Source: Daphnia carinata (taxonomy: Eukaryota). Taken from it: a stretch of 64,000 bases of DNA. The DNA lies in NCBI RefSeq assembly GCF_022539665.2, contig NC_081333.1:6758001-6822000 (forward strand), read 5' to 3'. Of this stretch, positions 1 through 13,483 are shown piece by piece; position 1 is the first letter of the stretch, and each line of letters begins with the position of its first letter. The notes beneath the pieces were generated by a model. The model did not search any database. It was not told the origin of the DNA and worked only from the letters and a program-made list of their open reading frames with translations. The translations under genes were made by a program, and so were the position numbers.

Positions 1-3000
1 TTCTTAGTTTATCACATTTGCTGTGATATTTGCTAAGTATTCCAAGCTTAGGTAAAATGAATCATTCAATTCTCCGTATGGAACTTTGCGCACACGGTGA
101 AAAATGGGAACGAAGATGATTCTGGCATACAGCTCCCTAAGTTGCTCCACTCGCAAACACTTGTATGATGTAAGAAAATTTGCGATTTAAAAACGAAATT
201 TTATTTCTTGCTAACAGAGGATGTACTGGAGGTTGCAGAAAAATGTGTCAGGTATGGTAAACCAAGTATAAGGAAAAACGCCCTTTTTTCCGCAATACAC
301 TGTACAACACATGCTGGTGACTTGTTACGTTTTGGAAAGCTAGGTTAATGGAAGTTTGTTCTGTCTGGCAATGATTTGTTACAGCAGTTTTAATGAAAAT
401 GAAAATTCAAAATTCTTGATTTTGGTTACGGAAGCGAGAGTTCTAATAGAAATAATGCCTCGAAAATCAGCTACTGTTGAACATTTAGTAAGTACAGTAT
501 AGAACGGCCTTTTAGTAAATTAACGAATATATTTAGCATTGTATTTAAGAAAAGGTCCGAAATTTAACTGCAGCATAAGTACCTACATCAAAGAAACAAG
601 GGGCATAGTAGCAAGTAACACGGTCCCAATTGCTTTTCTGTCAGCACAAAACATTTGCACCCTCCGTAAGAATTCACACCCTGCCAATTTTGAACTGCAA
701 GAAGTTGTTCAACAATCAACATTGAGTCGAACTTTGTCAGCAAATTCGGTTTTAATGTTTTAACCGATCGTGCCCACAATAGATTCTGTTTTGAAAATAA
801 ATTAAAGACATTCCCAGCTTTATTATTTTTTTTTTTTTCTTTTCTTTTTCTTCTTTTTCATTTTCTTTTTCCCCCTTCCCATCGCAATGCCCACCCGACA
901 CGTCAGGTGAGAGAGCAGATGAGAAACATCCATATGCACACAATGGCCGGGTGCGGTGGGAGCGCCTGAGACGGCATACGAAATATGGCAATCAACCTTT
1001 GGTTTCATTCCTTCCCCTCTGCTCACACCATTCGCTTAAAATAAACTAACCCGACGGAATACATTGATTTATCTTTTTTCCAATTCTCAAGCGAAACTAC
1101 ATACACTTCTTCTGGTGCATTGTGTTTCGTTGAAGCAAGATATAGCTTTTGGTGGTTATTGGTCTGTTACAATGAAACAAAATCATAGCCTAAAAAATTC
1201 ATTTTTTATCCCCTATTTTTCAAATGCGTTTCAACAATAGATTTTTTAAAGAGATTTTTGTTCTCAACCGATGTTACCAACTATTTTTCGGATTGTCTTG
1301 TGAATCGCGGCATCTGTTGTCCACACTTCGAGATTCATATCAAATCATCAATTCCAAAACAATATAATTCAGTAATATTTTTCCGAGTTTTAAAACATGA
1401 CGAATGTTCCAGTACTTATCTAAGCCGCTGAAAATCTGAAGTTAAAAGTGAAAATAAAAGTGACAATGATAAATAATGTGGCTGGATTGGCTTCGATTTT
1501 AGAAACAGAAATAGATACCATATGCCGTTCCAAAAATCGCTCCAGCACTTCAGTAGAGATCGAATATGCAAGAGATCAGCGACCTGAGCGCCTCGACGAC
1601 TCGTTCATCATTCGTGAATCAGCTGTCAGCTTTGTTATGGCTCTTGCGCAGAGCGCTCTCGTCAGTCGTCTATTGACTTTGAATAGTTAACAGTTAGCAG
1701 CGTAGATAGAGAGGAAAAAAAAATACAAGAAAGAAAATATAAGAAAAAAAAAATACAAGCAAGTCTTTGTTCAGACAACATCAAGAAAAAGTTAAATGAT
1801 CCGGAATCTGTCACTGCTTTTTCCACCTTCACATGATGGATGCATAGTGCATAAGCATCTGGATATCACCATATTCCTCTGTTTTTTCTGCAATTTGTCT
1901 AACGTATTGTTTGGTGAAAGGAAGCGTCCTTGGAGATGCAGACGTAAGACGAACATATGTGACGTTAAATGGTTTCATGCAACATTTTACTTGTTTATTT
2001 TTTTACTATAGGACTCCAGAAATTAAATTAGTACAGGACAACAACAAATTTCGACTTTGGAATTAAAAATCATTAAGATATGTCATTTTTCAGTGATTAA
2101 CCTAGGATTACATTTTTGGTATAGAGCATTGAAGCAAGTTACTTTCGCAATAGGCATAATTCAATCTAATAGAGTCTGCCTACTGGTGGATTAAATGCCT
2201 AATAAAAAAAAATGAACCAAGTATTCATTTTAACACTCTCGTGGCTGCCAAAAGAAAAAAAGCCAACAGGAGCTAAATATTCGAGTTTGAAACGAACAGG
2301 ATACGTTATGTTACGCGTATAATGGCTATAGGGCGAAGGAAGTTTTTTATTTTCTCCACAGTAGCTGTTCGCCAGCAACTATGGGGATTCATTGACAAAA
2401 CGCGCGACAACAAAGGACATGTTTGGAGAGCTAAATGTTCCGAACATGCTTTATTTTGTTAATATGTCCCTTTAAGCGTATCAGTTGTAATCCCACGTTT
2501 AATAGAAGCATTGATTTCAAGGGAAACAATAAATCACACGGTTTGTAGCACACACGTAAAAGATTTTGTTTGTTACAAAGAAAAAAAAATTTGACATTCA
2601 AGTAGGCGTGGAATGGATTTGATGACTGAAGAATACGCCATGTGCGCAGCAAGCTGAAGCTTGAATAGAGCATGTATATGTAGGGGACTTTGCGTTGGGA
2701 AAATGGCTTTCACACATCCCAAGAAGGTGTATAATATATAATGAGAAGACGGAAATAAAAAAATATGGAGACCTTTTTTTAGAGTACAACCCACAAAGCT
2801 ATCGTTTGGCTTTGTATAGCTTTAGAATGGGCAACTGGCGCTTGTGTGTATACCTATATACCTGCTCCCCTTTGGGATGGGCCATCAGAATAAAAATTGA
2901 GGAAATCATGTCAATTGAAAAGGGCTGACAAGGTAACAACGAAGCCGGGAGGGCTGAAAGCGGCAAGTCTTTGGCGTTTGCAGCTGATTTGGCAGTTTGA

Positions 3001-3937
3001 CTTTGTCCATGTTGGAGCTGCTTGTCATCATCTTTTCAAGGTATATCACCTTTTGCCCCGTGTCTATTCTCTGATGTGAATTATTGTAGCTTTATCACGA
3101 CAAAGCAAAGGTGCTACATCCTGCATGTTCTGTGTGAAAGTAAGCAACTGGAAAATTGCCATTTGGAGTCTTTTGTTTTATTCTTTGCCACGATGAATGC
3201 GACATACTTTCTTTACAGGCGGTATGATTTGTCCTCAGCTTACCAAATAGACAGCTCGTTCCCTAGGCAACACGCAACTTAGAAAGTACTTAATTTGAGT
3301 TCAGATTATCGTTGATTTTTTTTTCTAGATTGGCAGAAACGATTGATTGCCAGTGTAGATTGATGCAGCTATCCATCGCCATCCACCGTATTAATCTTTT
3401 ATTTGTTGGTGGTATTGAGGGGTGATGATCGCTGCGACGCCTACTGATCGGTAATTCTGCCGTGCAGAAAGGGGAGGGCAAGAGGGTGGTTATATCGTCA
3501 TAAATCATGAACAGCAATGAGCCATCGTAAAAGGATCCAATCGGAAGAGAGTCACGTGACTTGTTGGGCGGATTTTCTCTGGCCACTATCCAACCCTCTT
3601 ACTGCTTTCGTCTTTCCCTCTCTCTTTTTTTGTCTTCTTCTTCTGGTGGAGAGAAGCAAAGGAGGAGTGGCGCGTGAAGAGATCTGTAAGGGTATAATCG
3701 CTCTCCAACACGATCCAGCGCTTAACACACATACACACACCAAAAGAGCCGAAAGAGTACTGGATATCGCCGACAGAGAAGTGAGCGACAAATCTCTTGA
3801 CATTTAGTCAGTCATCAGTCGCCTCATCCGCCGGATCAACTTATCCTATCGGCACTCTTCAATTAGTTGATGTTTACGAGGTTTTAAAAATTTATTGCTG
3901 GCGATTAAGAAAATTTAGGGGGATAGTCCAATTCGTT

Positions 3938-5371
3938 ATGGAATCGTCGAGATTTCCGCCTGGTAGTAATTTCCAAAGTTGGTTGAATCCTCTCGATCCG
4001 ACAGTGATGTTGGCTGCCGCTGCTGCTGGATCGGTGTGTGCCCCTCCGTCGATCGGCCTGTCGGATTCAGTTTCTTCTTCCACGTCGTCCATCTCCGGTT
4101 CGTCACCTAACCGATTCGCACCTTTGGTTTACCAACATTTCTTTCACCATTTGCCGCCCGTCCGAAATCAGCAACATTTCGATCTACTGACGTATCACGC
4201 CGCTGCCCTTCACCAACACTTGGCCGTGGCTGCTGCAGCCGTGTCCAACCGGACATTTCAGCAAAGCCAACAGTTGCCCTCGTTAGTCACGAATTCAATG
4301 CCCTTTGCAGGAGTTTCCGCTACCGGCATCCCGACTACGGACGAGGAGAGATCCGCAAAAAAATCGGCTTGTATTGGTTACAGCGTAGCTGATCTTCTGT
4401 CGGATCATCAACGACCAAACAGTTGCGATCGCATTAATAACACATCGCCCGAGCGTTCAGGTTTGTAAAAATTTCACAGATAGTAGAATCATTGATGGGT
4501 ATAATAAAAAAAAAACTTACCAAAACTTATTGCCATGATCCGCTTTGTAGAAAGTGAGCTGGATATCTTATCCGAAGGTAATAGTAGTACGGAAGAAGAC
4601 CTTTTCCAAGAGCCAAATCAACACATATATCCGGCCACCAATTCACTCGGTTGCGGAGAGGGTTCCGACCGAGGAGTCGATTCGTTTGGTGCAGCAGGAT
4701 CAGCAGTGGTTGTTACATCATCAGACAGTTCCATTGATGCAACGCTTTCTAATGGAAGTGGTAATAACAAGAATAGGCGAAGGAGGACGGCTTTTTCTAC
4801 TCACCAGCTGATCGAACTGGAGCGTGAATTTCAAGCTAAAAAGTACCTTAGCTTGACAGAGCGCTCCCAAATCGCTCATCAACTGCGCTTGTCAGAAGTG
4901 CAGATCAAGATATGGTTTCAAAATCGTCGAGCTAAATGGAAACGAGTCAAAGCCGCTTTAGTTACAGGTGGATCGTCCCGGATGAATGGCGGAGGCCAGC
5001 ATTCCAACAACCAGCACCACTCACAGTCGCTTTCGTACCATCAGCAATTGCATTCAGATGGCAATCATCATCACCCGCCACAGCAAAAATTAGTGGTCCC
5101 CATTCCCGTGCATGTCAATCGAATCGCACTCCGCTCGCAACATCAACAGATGGAGAAAAACCCTAGCGGGACTGCCATCAGTAATAGTGCTGTCGCCATT
5201 CAACGACAACGCCCATCACCTGTGACAGAACTGAACCTATCGTCAGCCTCACCATTCCGCTCCTCTGGATCAACCCTATTTCGTTCACCGTCTCACTCCC
5301 GGTCGGTTTACCCGTCCGACCCAGGCTCCTCACCGACGGCCGTGGATCCCTCGGTTTCTAATACAATTTAG
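3938..5371 (+). CDS. unpg: Gbx-class homeobox transcription factor (unplugged); 2 exons 3938-4460 and 4551-5371
   Basis: Homeodomain [61 protein letters not shown]; Gbx-typical C-terminal [24 protein letters not shown]; eh1-like YSVADLL in exon 1; GT..AG phase-1 intron 4461-4550 joins the two ORFs in frame. Confidence 0.95.
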
Positions 5372-8300
5372 TAATTTTTTTTATTTTTTTATTTTGTGTG
5401 TACAATGAAATACTCATAATTAATCGTAACTGATTTATTTATCGCGGGAGTTGAATTCGAGTTTTTTTTTGTACCCCGTTAGCCCATTTGTTTTACCTTT
5501 TCTTATAGCACAATTGTTGATTGAAATACATAACTTTTACTCGTCAATTTATGGCAAAAGTTCGGTTTATTTGTGAAGAGAATATGCTGTAGATAGTAAT
5601 CCGTGTTCATTTGGAAATGTGTAGTAAACTTCTTATGGTAATTCCCTAGAAGAGAATGGGCACAAAAGGCATTTGGAAAGTCAATGATTTGCATCTCGGG
5701 TATTTTTGCGGTCGCTTTAATCGTAGCTGAAAAAGAAAAAATGAGTAGAAAGAATGGGAGGAGTTGATTTGTTGGACTTTGAGAGACGCGAACCTGCTGT
5801 GATAACTAATCATCATAACTGGTTTTGAGGTATACACTTGCAGATTGATGGACAACATAATGGAGCGGGTAGAGACTAAGGAGAGGATGGAAGAGAGAAA
5901 GCGAGCAAGAACTTTGTATTATGGAAATTTTCCTGAAACTTCGAGTGACAGTTGATGATGAGCAGGGTTTGGCCACTCTTGTACGTTGGTCGGTCGGTAG
6001 ATAGTCTCGTAGTTCCCTGTGAAACCCGGAAAAGTTGCTGGAAGAAAACTGATCCGACGCAAAAGGGGGAAGGGAAACTGTCAATCAAATTGTCCCTGAC
6101 ATGGGACCCGACAGCTTCGGTGATTACCGTACGCTATACAACTGCGAATGACTATGTATCTAATCCTATTAGTGCGTCAAAAGCGTTGAGGCCCTCGACC
6201 GCGAGCAACGAGCGCAATTTCAACTGCCATCGCGGAAGAGAAACGGACCAAACAGGCCAACACAAAAACATAGAGCAACGCCTCCCCCTTTTTTTTGTTG
6301 TGTTGAGTTTCTCTCTCCAGTCTTAACTACAAAGACAATATTTAAAATTCAATCAAACCCAACCGGCGACTCGAAATTGAGCTTGTGTTTTCTTTTCGTT
6401 TAACATAACATTGCACAAAATCCTCAAAGTGGGGAATTCTTTCAAGAAAAATAATAATCGGACAATGTTCGTGAAACATCTTTATACTTTGGTAGATTGT
6501 AGCATAACTTTCGCGCTGATATACGTTTCCAATGTGAAGCTCACCGATTAGAAATGATGGGTTACCGTCAAATAAAGATCATGTAGCCTACAGTATATTG
6601 CTTCAATGGCCATCGGAGAAAAAAAAACAAACAAATCAAGTCACAGCAATATTTCTTCCCTTCGACCGGAACGTATTTAGCTACTGGTGTGTGAAGCCGT
6701 GCAGTTCGCTACGAATAAACGAGATCCCTTCTCATATATATTTCCTTTTTTTATGTATACGCCTAACGCATTGATGTGGTGCGAAAAAGATCTCCCTCCT
6801 CGGTTGTAAAACAAGCCCGAGCGACGGTTATGTGGTGTCGTGACGTCAAGCGCGTTTTGTCCGGCAAAGCCGTTTTAGCACAGTTTGACGTGTGACTTTG
6901 TAGTACAGAGGTCAAGCATAACCTCACGTTATTTCATGTTCTTTTCCCCTATTTTTTTTTGTGCGCCCTTCCGCTATATATAGACCTTGTCATCAATAGC
7001 GCTTTACCCCTATCCTTAAGTGCGGCGTATATATATCTAGTGGCTACATGAATGAATTATGTGGCCGTGAATATTTATCTAATTGTTGTGTTAGTATATG
7101 GTCTATTGCTTTCGATTATGCAAACACACCGTGCAATATCCATGTATTTGCTTGCGCGTTTGAAGCGCCATTCTTTAATCTAACCGTTATCAGTTAAAGT
7201 ATAACTGCCCTGAAAAATTAGCATGGAAAATGGAAACCACAGTTACGACGAAATGCGTTCTTCGACTTGCGTGATTCGTAAACGAAATGTTTCCGTGTTA
7301 TTTTCAAATCGCGTATTGCCCACCGGTACAGTAATGAAAATCAGTTCTCGAATAAGTAAAGGAGAAAATGCATGGGTAACAATCCAAACTATGGCCAGAA
7401 ATTTAATAAGCACATTGAAGATTTGTAAGCTCGTCTATTCAGCAAATGTAGCAATGAAACCAAAAGAGCAAAAATAGATATATATACAGTATGTTAACCC
7501 TTATCTTGGTTGATAATAAGTCTCCAGGCTAATGGTTATCGAGACCACCACTACCAGTATGATGTGGAAAACATATCATCAGCGTATAGCAGTGGTGACT
7601 GGCAACTAAGGCTGCAAGGCTGTAATTCAGTGTCAGTTCCTGCCAATCACGCGTGCTGGCAGGAAATAGCCGTTGATGATAGACATTGTCAGTTTGCCGC
7701 TTGCAGGAATGTACATATTACTGTGGGCTATGTAAAGCGTAGCCAAATGCCGCCTGTTTGTTTTCCATTTGATGCCAACGACCGAATTATAAAGTGCGTT
7801 TACAGAATAATGAGCTTTTCATGCCGACTTATATATAAATTCAAATTCAGTGGATATAGTAACTAGGGTTTGATGGCATGGCCATTTGGTTGAGCCCTTA
7901 TGAATGCAAGAAATGAAAGTCAATGGATTGTCGGCTTCTAACAAAAGACGCAATTTCTGGCATCAGACCTGATCGTTTTCCAACATTAAAACAACCTTTA
8001 TGTGCTTGAGCTTTTAGTTCTAGCACTGCATAATGATCAAAACCGAGATGAAAGGGTTCCAACGAGCGAGACGAAGCCGCCATGGCTTTCCTCTGCTTAT
8101 TCTTCTTGGTTGATTGGTTGTCCCTTTCACGCCCTATTTTATGTCAGCACTGCCCGATGATGGATCAATTAGGTTTGCTTCCAATCGATGTAACTAATCC
8201 TTTTTTGTAGGAACATGTGCAATGGTTTTGCTGTATTTGTTAATGGTGACGCTTTTTCCAATTCAATAGCAACTGACTAATAGACCACCGTCCTAGTTGA

Positions 8301-9428
8301 ATTGTTGTTTCGGTTGTCCGATAATGAGGGGAAATCTATTACTCATTAATGTGTAAACAATTTTTATTTTCGGTTCCTGTACCAGAAGTAATATGTAACT
8401 TTTTACGATACAAACAAATGCACAAGAACTTTATTGCTAAACAGAATATAGATACTTATATGGATTATGGGAGAAAGCCGCTCGACGGAAGCACGTTATA
8501 AATCCGATTGAATCGTTCCGGATACTCACCACGTAGTCTCGTTATGTTGCCTGAATACGATCATTTTTTCCCCTTCGATCCTTTGCTTATTTTCCTATTG
8601 CTTTTTTTTGTGTGTGTGTGTCCTCCGATCTTCAAACGTATACCGAACGGCGGTAATGGCGGTCTGGGCTGATGATCTATTTCCCCTTCTAATGGATGCG
8701 ATGGCACGGGTTGAATAGAGAACGAAGAGGGAAATATCACACATAAACTTTGCGGCTCGTCTCAGGATAAGGGAGGGCTAGACAATCGTGGTCAATAGTG
8801 TGTCAGTTATGCAAGAGGAAATTGTCGATTTTTTCCTCCCTCCTACACATACATATTGATACGTATTCACCAGCATATATTACATCCATTACCGATCTAT
8901 CTGACTGGATCCAAAGTATGTTGAGGAAGTGACCTCGCCAACTCTTGATGGTACATTAACTCGCTAACCGAGATCCTTTCGCGTGTTTTTTTCCTCCTTC
9001 GTTTGCTTGTTTGCCCCGCCCCTCCTTCATTCTCCTATAAAGTAAATGAAAAACGTTAAGTCCGATAGCAGGCTAGAAATAATTTTCATGATCATGCTTT
9101 ATTTAATTTTAATTTATATAATTATTTATATGTTACCTGCAGTCTATGAAATATTTTAACGCACATCTGCACTTCGGCTTGAGAAACACGGGCATTTCTC
9201 AATTCAGAATGAATTTCAGAACGAATCGTTTCGTGAACCTTATTTTATTTTTTGTATGAGTAAAATCATCAGCGCATTGGGAAATTCAATATGGACAGTT
9301 AACCAGGTTGCCAGCCAGTTTAATATGGGATATTATTTGCGACTTGATGCTTGTATGACGGTTTAATTGTTTTAGTATGGGATTTAGCGCTTTAAAATTT
9401 ATAAGTTCTGATTTACGGCTAAAACAAC

Positions 9429-10909
9429 TAGGTGGACTAAATTTAATATTCGTAGCAGACAATGTAACTGGTGCTGTAGTGATAGGCAAGAAGATGGCGG
9501 TTAGTATTAAGCCTCAAGTACCAGTCAAGTCAGTTTTTTGTTTTTTGGAGGGGGGGGGGGGGAAGTAATACGACTTAACTGCTCTTTACGACTCTGTCTG
9601 CTCAATACACACCACCGTTGCTGTACCTGACGCGGGCACATATGGGACACACCACTTTGCCAACCAGAATTCACCGTATATAAAGGTAAAATTGGAGCGA
9701 ACTAGTGACTGAGGAACCTTCCTTAGTACAATAGGCAGCTGAATGTAGAATGAAAGGTAATGCTGGATGCGAGCTCTGAGCGCAAAGTACTTTAATTAGA
9801 AATTCTACTCATGCAACCAGCTTGAACAAGCAGTTGGGCCCATCATGTTACCCGTGTGTTGTAATAAAAATCATGGTAGTGTCTACGTCGGAGATCGTCC
9901 AGATCGACTAGTTTAAGAGATGGATATCCAAATTTCTAGGATAGTTTCCATAACGATGCCCCCCCTCCACCATCCATTGCGGACATACTCGTGAGTGTTT
10001 ACCCCTCCCCTGCGGAATATTACGCATCGATACAACGATAAAATCCCTTGACTATATAAGACTTTAGGGTTGAAAGAAAATTTTGCTAGGCTCAGGTTGA
10101 TATAGACCAGGGAACTGTTGAGCACGGGTGGGGGACCGCGGTAAACTCGGTAGCTCCTTCGAGGATTAGTAAGCACGCACTACAGGGATCATTCATCAGT
10201 CATAAAGATCTATGACAAACAAAACTATCCGATTTCCATAATGCATTGAATTAAAGGTAAGGCTCCTGTTGAGGCCTAACGCGCAATATACTTTTAATGC
10301 GACTTTCAGCCATCAACCCCCAGATATTTACTAATATTTCTGTAATATTCGTCAGATATTTCTGACATTTTCACTTAATCATATAACTCTAACTGAAGAT
10401 TGACAGCGCCATAGTACTAAAGGGCTTATATATATTGTTTTTCTAACTGTCATAATGTTATTGGTGAAAATTCAAAATCAAACATGAAAATTAAGAAAAC
10501 AAATGTGTGATAAATTAAATATAATTTGTTTCTCTCGTTTCGTGGCCCCAAATCGCAATTTCCAATGGCCCATTAAATTTTTATCTATCTCCTTATTTTT
10601 TCTTTTACCGCATTTATTTCTTTGTCTCTGTTGTTTCTGATGTAGAACGTGTTATCAAATATGAAATAATCCATACAAAGATTTTTACATTAACCGTTCG
10701 CGCCCAATTTCGTCCTCCTTACAAGATGTGAGTGCAACACAATCTGGCATTTACATTTTAAATTTGTACACTTATATATATATATATAGGCATCGTGGAC
10801 ATACCTTTCGTGCAGATGGCTAAACCCAATAGGTAGACTAAATTTAATAGGTGGCAGCAGACAATGTAACTGGTGCGGTAGTGATGGGCAAGAAGATGGC
10901 GGTTAGTAT
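9429..10909. repeat. ~80-bp direct repeat pair (9429-9507 and 10830-10909)
   Basis: Both copies read TAGGT(G/A)GACTAAATTTAATA...GCAGACAATGTAACTGGTGC(T/G)GTAGTGAT(A/G)GGCAAGAAGATGGCGGTTAGTAT. Confidence 0.85.
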
Positions 10910-11057
10910 CAGGTATCATAAAGTTATGAAAAGACATTACTAGTCAACTTGCAAATCATGCGTATATTTTGAATCAGCGCAAGAAATAAAATAAAGTTCA
11001 TTAAATCATTTTCTCTGAAATCCATTTGAAAAAACTAGAAACGCGTCATTGTCCGGG

Positions 11058-11110
11058 ACTCCCGCAACTTCTTACAAACGTAGTTTTCGTGCAAAAAGAC
11101 AGGTATAAAA
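11058..11110 (+). promoter_or_regulatory. Candidate type-3 Pol III promoter (PSE-like element plus TATA box)
   Basis: TATAAAA at 11104-11110, 31 nt upstream of the GG start at 11135; CTCCCGCAACTTCTT near 11059-11073 loosely resembles insect PSEA elements. Confidence 0.5.
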
Positions 11111-11134
11111 TAGTTGTGTGTGCCGCACTCTATT

Positions 11135-11449
11135 GGAGACGTGGTGACCTAACCGTCTTGTGATCTAGTTGCGAATTCGCGGTTCATAGTTGGATCACGT
11201 GACCGTCACGTCTCCCTTGAGTTGAATTTCCCTCTTCTATGTCATAGTGAGTTCCACTACCTACGCCAATACGGAACCCTGATTAGCCGGCAATCAGGGT
11301 TCTCCAGCAACAACGTAGTGGGACAGTGCACATGACATGGCATGATAGCGGAAACAAACTCATGCATAAGTTAGGTGCTAGTATAAGTAGGTTAGTTATT
11401 ACTAATTGGTTGGGTTGGTGGTTGTAATGCAACCGCCAACACAACTTTT
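11135..11449 (+). ncRNA. Candidate ~315-nt Pol III structured RNA (7SK-like; telomerase RNA is the alternative)
   Basis: 5' stem GGAGACGTG/CACGTCTCC enclosing a GTGATC/GATCAC helix; long central hairpin ~11218-11362 (TGAGTT/AACTCA, TGTCAT/ATGACA, GTTCCACTAC/GTAGTGGGAC, GAACCCTGATT/AATCAGGGTTC); 3' hairpin GTTGGTGGTTG/CAACCGCCAAC then TTTT; no internal T4 run; G-U pairs favour the + strand. Confidence 0.7.
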
Positions 11450-11626
11450 ATCGTTATATATTTATTATTTTTTCTTATTAACATTAACTACATCCTACTG
11501 AAATAAAAATTAAAAGCTAGGGTTTCTCTGCCCTACACATTTTAAAATAATTAAGTTCTTTTTTTTTATTCCAAGAAAATGCATGTCTGTTTTTACGGTG
11601 AAAAAATACAAGGAGTTTCTACGTAC

Positions 11627-12187
11627 CAATTGCCGTATGTTAGACGCCGATGGCTGAGGGCCTGGAATTCCGCTAGTCTCGAGACTCTTGGCAACTTTGC
11701 GCCGGTAATCGTTATGCGTCTGCAAAATGATGTCAATTTCTTCAGCGCTGACGCTCGATTTCGTTGGATACGATGGTAAACAAGCTGCCCCCCAGGTTGA
11801 ATTCTATTTGTAGCAAAATGAATATCATGAATTTATTATAATTACTTTGAATATGCTTAAGAATATACCGTATATTTGCAGAGGGTATTTTCGCTAGGTA
11901 CGCTGCATGTAGCAATATTGCAGTATATATTTTGAGCTACGGGTCTCAATGTCGTGGCGGTTGGCTTCAGAGTCGACAAGGTATTGGTGCAACTGCAGAC
12001 CGTAGTTGGCTGCAACGTCACCTGGGCCTCCTTTTCATACAAAAATGATTAATTAAGCAACAGAATAGTTAAAAACATGTCTGAAAATAACCGAAAATGT
12101 ACTCATAGATTCTTTTTCTTGTAAAGTACTTACTCCGCAAGCGGATAGGATGACGGTGATCACCAAGGATATAGCGAAAAATTTCAT
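11627..12187 (-). pseudogene. CAP/SCP (Antigen-5/venom allergen-like) secreted protein, 5' three exons only (12134-12187, 11869-12030, 11627-11803)
   Basis: Signal peptide MKFFAISLVITVILSACG; phase-0 introns; exon 3 EEIDIILQTHNDYRRKVAKSLETSGIPGPQPSASNIRQL is the typical start of a CAP domain; the expected next (W-x-x-E-L) exon was not found. Confidence 0.8.
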
Positions 12188-12878
12188 TTCGACTAGAGTA
12201 GAACAAGCAAACAATGCTCTGTGTATATAAGCTGTTTCACACTTCGTTATTTATACATTTCTTTTTCCGGATTGTAAGCGTATCACAAAATTTAGAACGC
12301 AAGTGTTTAATTCGAAACGGATCCAGCTGCATTTAGAACTGTACAAAGGTGTTAACTGAAACAAAGCTTGCGCTCCAATTAAAACTAGGGCATCTCAGAA
12401 TACGAAAAACAAAAAAGTGCAATAAGCTTACTAGAGTGACGTGTTCATCTGTAAAAACGGAGCTTACGAAAATCTAGGGCGTATTGTTATGTTAACGTCC
12501 GGGTCGGGGGTTGACGAACGCAACTAGGACACCACATGTTGTCACCTAGGAGTCGAATAAATCCATATGATAGTTGCAAAGGACATTTTTTTTTCGCCGT
12601 AGATCTCAGTGAAAAGATAGTGATGACACAGCAGGCATATGTTGTTCCCTTTTTTCTCCGTAAAAAACAACGACAAGCGACAAAAAGTGTCAGTGCTAAG
12701 TTGGTGTGTTGATACACGAGCGTCAGTGTAACACTGACTAAAACAGTTTGGGCTGCGATAAGCAGACGTGGGTATTGGCTTATCAATGTGAAGAAGCTCA
12801 TAGAAAAGAAGCTCCTTCTTTTCTAGGAGCGCAGTTATGTTTGTTTGGGTAAAGATAACAATAATTGTTGCTGTTCAC

Positions 12879-13102
12879 GGTGACCTAACCATCTCGTGAT
12901 CCAGTTGTGAAACCCCGGTTCATAGTTGGATAACGTGATCGTCACGTCTCCCTTGAGTTGAATTCCCTGTCCTGTCATAGCGACGTTCCACTACCTATGC
13001 CATTACGGAACCCTGATTAACCGGCTAATGAGGGTTGTCCAGCAAAAACGTAGTGGGACATCGCAATCACATGGCATGATAGCGGACACAAACTCTAGTA
13101 TA
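12879..13102 (+). pseudogene. Truncated paralog of the 11135-11449 ncRNA (5' and central part)
   Basis: Colinear with ~11143-11385 with substitutions; lacks the first 8 nt and the promoter; ~17-nt deletion before TAGTATA. Confidence 0.8.
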
Positions 13103-13483
13103 CGATTTTTAAAAACGCATTATGTGCATGCCTAGCCTAAACGGCTAGGCATGCCGGTTTGGAGAAATCTAGCTTCCGCAGGGTTGCTGGAAATAAGAAT
13201 GGAGATTGATTAGGTCGAACTGCAAAACATTCTTGATACCTTACGATATATACACAATTCTTTTATGTACCGATTTTTCGATTATTCTACAGGTTTTGGA
13301 TTCCCTTTACTTGGGATCATTGGTGTCGTTGTTACCTGGATTTAACACCGCCGGACAATGACTCGAGTTTAGTTTTTTAAAATGTATTTCAGAGGAAATC
13401 ATTTTAAAAAACTAAAATCTTTCTGATGGAATGCCTATTTTACTCTTAAGCTTTGATGAATTTAGGTTGATAAGAGGGATCTT

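Noticed and set aside
7200..8400. Coding-like ORFs on both strands
   Set aside because: No recognisable domain or consistent splice model
9857..10217. TG...CA-bounded GC-richer segment, possible solo LTR
   Set aside because: No matching TSD and no second copy in the window
13060..13099. Hairpin followed by CTAG-T, resembling a Helitron 3' end
   Set aside because: The CTAG context arises from a deletion within the ncRNA paralog, and homology with the 11135 copy continues through it
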